Of a stretch of DNA of 64,000 nucleotides, positions 28,072 to 38,645 are shown piece by piece (within the stretch, counting starts at the first letter, position 1; each line of letters begins with the position of its first letter). Where the stretch lies: NCBI RefSeq assembly GCF_026571515.1, contig NW_026851624.1:186001-250000 (forward strand), written 5' to 3'. Made by a program: the position numbers and the translations under genes. The DNA comes from Ruditapes philippinarum. Lineage: Eukaryota. The notes beneath the pieces are model-generated. The model was given only the letters and a program-made list of their open reading frames with translations, was not told where the DNA came from and did not search any database.

Positions 28072-28109
28072 ATGACTAGCTTGGATTAATGGTTACAGTC
28101 TCAACAGCA
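28072..28109 (+). other. Candidate 38-nt micro-exon (paralogue), MVTVSTA, phase-0 donor
   Basis: TTTTTATTTTTCAG acceptor and GTAAGT donor. 4 substitutions versus 18065-18102. Confidence 0.6.
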
Positions 28110-28884
28110 GTAAGTAAATTATTGTTTTGGATGACTGTTTTTGTGCGTTTTTTATTATAATAATTTCACAGTTTTCCCCAAGACTCCATATACAGCAGTA
28201 TTTATTAACTTTAAGGCTTGTATTTAAGGTTTAAATATACAAAGACATAGCGCAAAAGTACCAAAATATGTACTTAACTGGTGGTATACCTTAATGTGTT
28301 TTTAAATAGTTGTTTAAAAAACCCGAAAAGGTTTACTAATGAATTAGAACGTAGAAAATTAAAGATGTATTGACATTTTCATCTTGTTCAAGTTTGTATA
28401 AATTCTGTTTCAGCTTAATATTGACGATACAAAATAAAACACTGCTTTATTTTTAACGAAAATGCTGAATACACATTTAATCCGGCAGAAAACAAGACAC
28501 TTTATTATGAATAAACGCAGCACATACATAAAATTAACAGTACTTTATTATCGTATTTGTCTTGTCTTTTCTGTTATTTGTAAAAAGCATTCATTATGCT
28601 TGTTAATGGTAAATTTAGCAAAGAACTTTAAAAAAGTTACCCTGACAAAATACTGGTATTCTGTATACTTTTATCCTACACAGGGTATCGCGTAATCTGT
28701 TTGTTTATTAGTTAACACAAACAGTGGCTTCTTTCAGGATAATAGTATTCTATGCTTATTTACAAGTATAACACAATAGTTCAATACATGTACGACGGTT
28801 TACTGAAATTATATAAATCTTCTATATAAAAGTTTTTGCTGCTAAGATAGAATGAAATGTCACCTTGTATTATTACATGTACGC

Positions 28885-29215
28885 AAATTGTTTCAAAGTC
28901 TTTTAAACAATATTGTGTATTCTGTAACTATTATAAATCAAGTGACACACAGTTAAAAGCAAACTTGTGCAGACAAAACTGTCAAATAAAGCATTTGATC
29001 TTTTGAAATAAACATTGATTTTCTTTATTAAATAACATAAAATAACACTTAACAAATTGAATATCACACCCGCCGATTTCAAAATTGATTATAGAAAGTT
29101 AATATTCCATAAACGAATTTCTGAAACGTGACTTTTATACGAGATTTGTACGTAGATAGAAATCTTGAAATTGATTAGCGAAAATATTAAATATCACAAA
29201 CTTTAAGATTGAATT
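28885..29215 (-). repeat. Inverted ~330-bp copy of 40463-40790 / 31512-31850
   Basis: Reverse complement matches, e.g. TTGTGCAGACAAAACTGTCAAATAAAGCATTTGATCTTTTGAAATAAACATTGATTT. Absent from unit 1a. Confidence 0.92.
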
Positions 29216-29332
29216 AATAATACGTTCGTTTATGCATGCAATGAAAGCAACACAAACCCAGTCGTTGGAACAGGTAATGTCCACACAATGCGGTGAGTTA
29301 TAATGTTCTCAATCAATTTGAAAATAATAGAT

Positions 29333-29677
29333 CACAGGTGGTCGTCCAGTCTTGGTGCCCATATAAAAAAATGAAGTTAAAAAAAAAGAAAACAAAAACA
29401 ACAAAAAAAACACCAAAACAACTTTTGTAATAATTTTTTTTTCCCTATATACCCTTACTACCAAAAGGTCAACTAGTCGCCGTAACGCTATGGAGCTTTA
29501 CTAGGACACGCTGTGGAACAACCACAATGTCCAGTTCTGTAATAATACAAGCTATTTTGCAACTCTTTACACATCATGCATTTAGAAAATTGTTAACATT
29601 CTTCTTCTTCTACCTTACATACAATCTTGAATAACTTACATTTTTTATATGGCACCAAGACTGGACGAGCACCTGTG
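29333..29677. mobile_element. MITE, P- or hAT-type, ~45-bp TIRs, 8-bp TSD
   Basis: CACAGGTGGTCGTCCAGTCTTGGTGCC... / ...GGCACCAAGACTGGACGAGCACCTGTG. TAATAGAT at 29325-29332 and 29678-29685. The paralogous site (~19290) has a single TAATAGAT. Confidence 0.95.
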
Positions 29678-29957
29678 TAATAGATAGGGTTTAAATAGAG
29701 TTTTACTCTCATCACAGATTTTTCTATGCGTCACAGATTCACATATCAAGCTAATACATGTATGTCCATAATACATTTGTTATACGATTATTTTTTCTGT
29801 AAGTTTTGTTAACAAGCAATTCCAGAATCGCAAATGCTTAAATATGGATGACAACAAATTGTTCATTTTGATTTGCTTGACAGGTAAAACTTATACCTTC
29901 ACTTCGAATCAACAAAATTTAATGCTTTTGAATAGAAATATTTTTTTCTTTTTTCAG

Positions 29958-30032
29958 AATATCGTCTTTCCACCCACTCCTTTTAGAATAAATGCAACAC
30001 CTGAATGGCTTTATTTGTATTTTGTCTTTTAA
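29958..30032 (+). CDS. Candidate second exon, paralogue (NIVFPPTPFRINATPEWLYLYFVF*)
   Basis: Same acceptor. Differs by a net 3-nt indel, a synonymous GTG/GTC change and S/R. Confidence 0.3.
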   Translation, partial: NIVFPPTPFRINATPEWLYLYFVF

Positions 30033-33009
30033 TGTGTGGTGTAGTTATTTGCATAAAATTCTGTAAAAGAAATCGCCTCTTTTAATTGACTTTGAATTGT
30101 CTGTCAGCTATTTGCAATATGTTAATAGCTGAGCTATGTTGTTGATGCACAAAAATCAATAAGGAGTTTGATCTAAGACAGTTAATATCATTGCAATTAC
30201 TTTGGTTTACATGCATTTGCTTGAATGAGGCGTTGAAATCATCTAGATTGTCAGGTAACAAATTCTGCATGATATAATTTTTGATATGACCGAATTTTGC
30301 TATTTCAGGTATTCATTTATTTCATTTAATAATAACTGTCTTACCGCTTACATTTTATTGTTATGGGATAATGATAGAAGCATTTCAAGTGAGCTTCTAT
30401 CAATGTCCTTGTAAATGTGGTTTAATTGGAGAATGGGTGTGATAACTTTCCAATTCAGATTGCAATTGTGTTGATATGATAATTATGACTTTAAGTACAT
30501 TTTCTGTATTTTCAAGTGAAATGAATCAATAGGCTCTTTCATTTATAATGTTTTATATTCTATATTGACAGGAATGCCTCGTCTGTTTCTTCGAGTGCCT
30601 ATAAACATGTACTATAAGAATCAAACAAAATACAAAGTGTTTTTAATAATGAAGTTACCAGAAACTGAATGAGCACAATTTTTTTTCAAGAGAGTGCCTT
30701 CAAATATAAATGACACAACTATTATTTCAAGCGATATGAACTTGACATAAATTGTTTCAATGATGCTAAACATAAATTTGATAATACATTTATATTTACA
30801 TTTTAGAAATGCAAAGAATGAAACTTCAGTTATAACAACGTGTTTTTATTGTGTGGACTATGCACGTAAAAAGCGTAACCGCAAATCCTGTTTGCCTTTG
30901 TGTGCCTACTCGAATAAATTCCAGACAATTATGACTTATTCAAAATGAGTTGATATAATTCATAATAATACACCACCTTTCAATATGTTGGTATATAATA
31001 ATTTAAGTAATTAGAAAATGTTGTTTAGAAGATAATGATGTCATAAAGATATAAAAGTGAACGTTATGTTGAACGTGCAACGTGCAAGTCTAAACAATTG
31101 CTGAATTTGAGATCATCTAATAAGGCAAGCAAATTATTGCGCTGAAATTCGTAAAAGGCGTAATTTCGAACGATGTAAACTAAGAAATACTAAGACTTCC
31201 AGCTAATGTATGTGTATTTAATCCATTTCTAGTAGATCCGAAAATGTATAATTATAATATTTCATTATCTAGTTCAAATAATCTTGTGTTAACTTCGACA
31301 CGAACACTAACGAAGGACACCATTTCAAAAAGTACGTGAAGAACTGGTGTTGATGCACGGGTATAAAGATTGTATGACCATGACACTGAATGTAGCCCCG
31401 TTAAATATGTGTCTTAATTATTATTGACAATAATACGCCTTCTAGAATATTAAAATGAAACTAAATGCTTCAATTATGTTCTTACAAAAGATAAACGCTT
31501 AAATATTTATTTTGAATTCATTCTTTGTGATATTTAATATTTTCGCTACTCAATTACATGTTTTCTATCTACGTACAGATCTTGTATTAAAATCACGTTT
31601 TAGAAATTCGTTTATGGAATATTAACTTTATATAATCAATTTTTAAATCGGAGGGTGTGATATTCAATCTGTTAAGTGTTATTTAATGTTATTCAATAAA
31701 GAGAATCAATGTCTATTTCAAACGATCAAATGTTTTATTTGACAGTTTTGTCTGCGCAAGTTAATTTTAAGTGTGTGTCACTTGGAGGACTTTTATTTAT
31801 AATAGTTACAGAATACACAACATCATTGTTTAAAAGACTTTCAAACAAATACATTTTCACCACGCATTGAAACAAAGTGTACAAAAGTTGAAAGTGTTCA
31901 TTAGCGTGATGGGAATGTTTATTTGTCAATATTTGGCATAATTATTTTCTTTGATAGTCTTTTGGAGTTTTTTATTTTAGTGCATTTTAAACCTTTTTTT
32001 ACATATTGTCTCAAAGAGTCACTTTACATATATAAGTGCTTGAAACTTTGGAAATTATCCGATGGTCAAGTTTGACTTGAATGTATTTTCTAACCGATGT
32101 GACTTTTCTCTAAGTTATCACAATATGTATTTATACGTCGAACATTAAAATTCGTTTCTTATTAAGCGATATATTCGAATTTTATTCTTTAAATAAGCTT
32201 ATGAGGATTTTAACAAGACTAAAAATGTCTTAGAGTACGAAATTGACTGCTTTTCCTGGCGACAAATCTGTCTGAAAAGGCTTGTTTATTCCATTTGACA
32301 AACTTCCATTGTATGTTTTAGTAACGGTAGACTTCTAATGTCGCAACATTATTCAATTACCGTTTTGGAGGCGAAATCCATTCCGTTCTATTATTTCTCT
32401 TTATCATATTTGCAGTAGTAACCATTGTAGTAATATCTAAGTAGACTTAGACATTCGTATACATTAAGACCTTCTAGGAGACGTAAATCCCATTTAATGT
32501 ATTAACATCATTTATGAAAGACAGAAGTGTTTATCTGTTATACAGCACTTTGATTTATACGAATAGTATATAATATTAGATAATTGTTAAGGATCAAATT
32601 ATGTATTTCTTGCCGCCTTTCTGTCAACAATCGGATATTTGTTTCTACATTTGTGCAGCATTTGCACTTCCATGAATAACGGAAAATACATCAGTCCCAC
32701 AAATTAGAATATAATTATCATTACCATTGTTATCAGCACGCCAATTTGTTATTGTGAAACAAAATTTATTTTGCAATTTCAACGATAAAGTACATCTTGA
32801 ATTGATATTGTTTTATATGGATTTATATCCATATTGTTTAACGTACTTGAATTGCAGTTCTGTTTTGAGTTTCCCAAATCTGATTTTCTCGAAGCTCTGA
32901 AACATTAATTTATGAGCTTAACTTCTCATATACTTGCCATATCTGTTCTTAATCAATCCAAACTAAAGAAGCCGTCACCTATAAATAAGATACCCATAAA
33001 TACGAAAGT

Positions 33010-33182
33010 AGGGGTCCGTAAAATGTCTTAAATGACTACATTTTATCCGCTTGGCGCCTGGCATAGTGGTATGAGTTGGGAGGTACATGGTATGCAAGCA
33101 AAGGTGTCTCACAAGTCAGAAACGGCTGGCCCATTCAGTAGGGGTGACACTATAATAAACAATACCTTTACCTTTACCTTTT
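33010..33182 (+). mobile_element. SINE-like remnant with (ACCTTT)n tail; paralogue at ~42200-42372
   Basis: GC-richer body CCGCTTGGCGCCTGGCATAG...GGCTGGCCC ending AATAAAC and ACCTTT repeats. Confidence 0.55.
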
Positions 33183-36100
33183 TTATAAGTGAAAATTTAT
33201 ATAAAATGCTAGCATTTTATTCGATTACAAAAAATATCCTGGATTAGATGTGCTTCGTAGATATAACAAAAATCTATAAGGAAGTATCGTAATAAGTGGC
33301 AACAACAAATCTGAAAATGCATTTTGATTAAGAATAATGGATTCGTTCCGTAGAACTTTGTCTGCTATAAAAAGTCTAATAATCTAGAGGAAGCTTGTTA
33401 AAGCATATCCAGACAATGGTATAAGATGTGATTTGCATAGAAACATTGATAAAAATCAGAAAGAGAGATGTATTTCTTCAAAACATCTAAGTTGGCTGCA
33501 AATGACAAATTTTGTCTATTTACAAACTGACAAGTGGATTAGAATATTGAGTAGATTTTTCCTCCTTCTCTTTGTTCTTGCTTGAACTTAGAAAAGTCTT
33601 AATAACAGCTCGTATGCATCGATGTGAAGTTCTTAACATATATTTGTTTAAAAAAACAAATATTTTATCATACATATCGGCCAAACAAAACCGCTAAAAT
33701 ATTTGAAAATATATGATTACAGGGTTTATCACCCTAATAAACTCTAAGCGTTCCTACATTTAGTCTAAAAAATTCACCATATCTTTGTAAATATTTTAGA
33801 CACACCAGCAATATCACATTTTCTTATTATCATATCATAAGCCGTTTCTTATAAATTGCATGTGTTTAAAACAGTGAAATAATATAACAGAGATGAAATA
33901 ATATAATTTAAAACATAGATGAATTAAATACATTTATGTCACTTGTATTACAGTCAAAATTATAATTTTATTGTAATTAATGTCACGCATTTGTGAATAA
34001 CTTATACATATGGCTATGTTTGATCTTATTGTTTTTTTTGTTTATTGTTCGTTTTTCAAGTTTGTAAAAAAACATTTTATTTGATTGTGTCCCCCTTTTA
34101 GATTTTTAAAAACAAACTGTGCTATAGGTTTAACTAGTTAAAGAAAGAAATCGGGTAATTGTTGAAACCTTTTGACCGAAGAGAAACTTTCAGTGCTGAT
34201 AATATATCTGGAATCGAATTATATCGTAGTTCGATAATAGCACTTTAATATATTCTCCAATTAAAGGGATGCTTTCATTACATTTTGCTTACTGTCTTAA
34301 TATTTTTTTACAGATTACCATAAACGTTTCTTTTATAGCAAAGTTCTTATTCTACATGATTGCATGCATGAATGAAATGTCTTTTTTCAGCTACATTTGT
34401 ATTACCCTTTAGTTAAGAGAACAGTCACTGTGATTTTAAAATTTTATAAATGTACAATTCAAACAAACATTTTGATAAGCTGACTCAAATATTTATCAAA
34501 GTTTGTTATACACTAGACAGAGCATTAATATCAAAATGTTAAATGATTTATTCGTTACAGACCTTAAATCTATTAAAAGCAAACGTAATCTAATCTATTC
34601 TAGACTGTCAGAATAATATTTACATCATACAAAACCTGCGAGAATGTCTGGTATTTCACAAACTGACAAAGCCTGCATTTGACATGTAATTTAAGTCCCT
34701 GGCTAATAATGAATAATGACTAATTTTATGCTTCAGGAAAGAACGAGCAATTCCGTGAAATTACTAATGATGCCCAAGCAAATGTCTCCGTTGAAAATTG
34801 CTAGATCGAATTTAAGGCACAAGTTAATGATCGTTTAATATGGGCATCATTAGCGTTGTGAAAAAAAATCATGACAAAATCACAAATGTCTATGTTATAT
34901 ACATATATTATAGTATTGATTTTAAATTGGGATTAAACAGACACGTAATAATCTACAAATACGTTTCTTTATGAAAAGACATGAGACTTTGTTGTCTGTG
35001 GTTCTTAATGAATATAGAAATTACATTTTCTTCACAAACACATATCTAGTAAGATATTATGAAAGCAACCTCCATAGGAGTTATCATAAGTAAATCGTCA
35101 AAACATACTTTTAAAATGTTTGTATCTATCATTTTAAAAAATAAGAAATCAATATTTTTAATTTGAATATAAATAAAATAAATATAATGTAAATTATAAC
35201 GGTATGTAGTAGATTATATCCAATTATTAATATTAAGGAAAGTTTGATGTAGTCTTTGTAAACCGTTATTATTATAATTGTTAGAACAATTTGTTTCTTT
35301 CATAAATAAACCTTCAGGCGTACTACTTTAAACTACTTTAAAAGAATCTTTGAGTTAAGAAAGGGGTCAGATTTATTTACTTGTGTCTTTTTAATTATTA
35401 ATGTACAGCAAATAAATAGTGACTGTCTGTTGTCTAACTTCTTTGACATGTTGTTGACATTACCTATTCTGTCAAGAATACAAAAGAAACGCAATTGAAA
35501 GGTTTGAATAAAATTTTAGTTGCAACGTAATAACGTTTAACAAGCTCATACGACAGAAGAAAGTGACGCTAGGTCAGGAGATTATAATCATTTTTACACT
35601 AGTGATGAGACTCCGAAAACGTATTTATTGAGAATGAAACGTGTTTTCCATTTTCTTGATTAATTATACACGTATCTTAGACTTTTTGGATTCACCTTTA
35701 AACTTGTATCGACAATAATTAATTCACAGTTTAGTATAAACTTTAAAGGATTAGTGATGTACCGATACTTTATTCATGTCTGCTAGTTTGGGATCATTTT
35801 ATATGCGGATTTCAAAACAAATCAAAACTAGAGATAGATCTAGTGCCCTAAGGGAAACATTGCCCGCAATAAATAACTAAACCCAGTAACGATATTTATA
35901 TACTATTAAGGCAGCGTCACTGTGAGTGCATTGGGGTGAAAATTACTTATTGACTTTTTGCGTCCGTCTATTCTTCTTCTTATATTTTCCAATTTACTTA
36001 CATGATTAAAATGGTTGAGAACTTCACAAAACAAAACCCGTAGAGAACAATTTTAACATTTTTTCTGTTAGAAAGTTTGTAAAGAAGCACACGGAAATCT

Positions 36101-36559
36101 AGCTAAAGCAATGTAGAACTACTTTCGTTTACATTTGGGCTATAAATGATCTTAGGACAAAACTCATCACTCAATCGTCTTGTTGTTAAATATAATGTAG
36201 GGCGATAGAAGGTTATTATTCGGCAAGGATGCAAACAAACATTATAATATATTAATTAATTATGGCCGCGAAGACATAAAAATGCATAAGGAATGAATAT
36301 GTTTGACGAAAATATACTTTTTGTATTAATTTGCTTGTTATTGACCTAATATTGTATACATTATTTTGTCGCCGAAGAATTTCAATCGTCAACAAGTATT
36401 TCCGTATATTGCTTATAACAAATCGTTTTTATTGACCAATACAAAACTTTCATACTGCATTTTCATTTTAATGCAATATATTTACTATAACTATCGACTA
36501 CTGTCATGGTTTGGAATTCAGGACATCATTTTGCTTTTCTTGCGACAACACAATATAGA

Positions 36560-36828
36560 TCAGTTTTCCGATTAATCTTCTTTAAAGAGTTTTTCTTGCA
36601 CTGTCAGCGTTAAATCGCAATTACAATAGATCGTTTCTGGCTTAAAAATGTTATGTGTAAACCCAAGTTTTGTCTATTGACAATATCCCAATAATGGAAT
36701 TTACCCTCTACGAAGTTTTGGCAATATCTCACTTCTCATAAAATACTGACAATCAATACTGTAGCTCATATAGCGGAATTAATTTGATCGTATTTTCAAT
36801 ATAATATAGCTACTTCATTGTAATGAGA
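36560..36828 (+). promoter_or_regulatory. Candidate promoter/first exon: Inr-like TCAGTT through ATG AGA | gtaagt
   Basis: ~300-bp island much more conserved with 45136-45407 than its flanks. It begins at TCAGTT and ends shortly after a consensus donor. Confidence 0.45.
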
Positions 36829-38488
36829 GTAAGTGTATGCATACCAGTGTGAGAAAGAACATCGTGTTTCAGTCAGTTTTTTATGGTGATATATTGCATT
36901 TGACTTAAGTGGGTGCTAAATCAATCTAAACGTGCAACATTTTAAATTTTAGCAATGTTGGCCTTTCCCCACGGTGTATTTTATAAACTGCTATCATAGA
37001 GCAATACACTATATTTGCATTTACATTATTTCTCCTTTCTCCGTATCTGTACATTTTTACACTGTCACAAGTAGTATCGTGTTAGGTACAATGTAGAACA
37101 GTACAAAATTGGTGTTGCTTTAAGTTTGTTAACCAAAATCATCTTTTCCTGTTTTGGTGCCATATACCGGTACCTTTATTGTGTTGGTGCGTCGTAAACC
37201 CAAAACATTTAACGAACACGCAAACAAAAGTATTTACTGCACTTCCGTAACATTAAATGAAATCTTATCTGCCTGATATAAATATTGGGCAGCTGTTTTG
37301 AACAAATGTTGACTACATTGAGCAATTAATGGTTTAATTAGCTCCTTTGTTTATATGTTGTATTTACCTGTAGAAAACCAATACTGCACTTTTCAACACA
37401 TTTTTTACTTTCATTCCCCTAAAAAACAATATAGTAACCTCAATGATTTGGCGGTTAAGGTCAATGTTTTACGGATAAAGGACTAACCAAAAGTCGCTCT
37501 ACGATAGGTTTTGTATATTCATTTATGTAATCTAAACATTAATTCCTACTATGACTTCATACTTTAAAAATATAAAAATATACAACGGCTCCAGTACAGC
37601 TTATTAATTATCCTTAATTTGCGCTTAACTGTGTAATATTTCTTTGAAGTTAACAAAAATACATTACTCCCTTAATAAATTAATATTATCAACTGCAACT
37701 GTATTTATTTTAAGCATGTCAGATGGTAATCAGTTTGTTTCCTGTAAACACTGTATTTTTGTCATTGTTTCTTGTAAGTGTTGTACTGGTATAGAACGTC
37801 GTGCATACAAATCATGTTGCACTATTCAAAATGTGAAGCGATGCCTTTCACACATTTAAATGAACATGTAACTTGCGTCTTCCGTCCATACAAAGGTTTG
37901 TTTTTACAATGCAAGTGTTTTTGTTTATATATTCTTATACCTTTTATGTAGTATGCATGTATATTCATATGCACTAGCACAGACATAATGGTCATTCATC
38001 CAATCACATTTCTGGGTAGTATTATGTCTACTAAAATTTGTCTAATGATAACGTTTAAATGACTTTAACAGAACATCTTTGTGCATGCAATATGGCGTTG
38101 ATATTTGTTTACTATATCACTTAAATCAAAGGTTAAAATATGGGACTGAATGGACGAAAGAAAATTACATGTATAAAAAATATTGACACAAAATATATAC
38201 ACCCTTAAAATATAATGTAATACAAACAAGATAAACAAACATCGTATGTTCAGTTATGCTTAAATTTGTTTTTGGCCCATGTACTTGATTGTTTCAGTCG
38301 TGTGTTAAATATAGAAACGATTATCATAGTGCTGAAAGCTTAATGTGGCGACATCTGGAAGAAATGTCTGTTTAATATATTATAGGTTTGGTACACATCT
38401 AAGCGTCATAGTGTTTCGAAACTTGATCACTCTACAATAAGCTTGGTATTTATGTGTTATATTTGTATGTCACAGGCATTTTTTCCAG

Positions 38489-38645
38489 AGAAATAGCGAA
38501 AAAACAGCTCTTGGGAATTCGGACTTATGTGAGCCTCCTATTACAGGCAACTTCGTACAAGCCAAGAAACTGTTACAAATTCTTGATATACATTTTATGG
38601 AGCAGAAATGTTACACATCATTAGACGATCTTAGCCCCTTGAGAG
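38489..38645 (+). other. Candidate 157-nt internal exon, open in phase 0 (RNSEKTALGNSDLCEPPITGNFVQAKKLLQILDIHFMEQKCYTSLDDLSPLR)
   Basis: TTTTTTCCAG acceptor and GAG|GTACG donor. Length and both sites are conserved at 47327-47483. Confidence 0.4.

Larger units (their letters stand above)
19723..30098 (+). repeat. Tandem segmental duplication, unit 1b (~10.4 kb)
   Basis: Direct head-to-tail copy of 11272-19723, with extra segments at ~21065-22500, 24521-24600, ~28885-29215 and 29333-29677. Confidence 0.97.

Noticed and set aside
35600-35640. Hammerhead- or C-box-like GTGATGAG...GAAA
   Set aside because: Lacks the core C and pairing stems, not preserved at 44256, and no D box.
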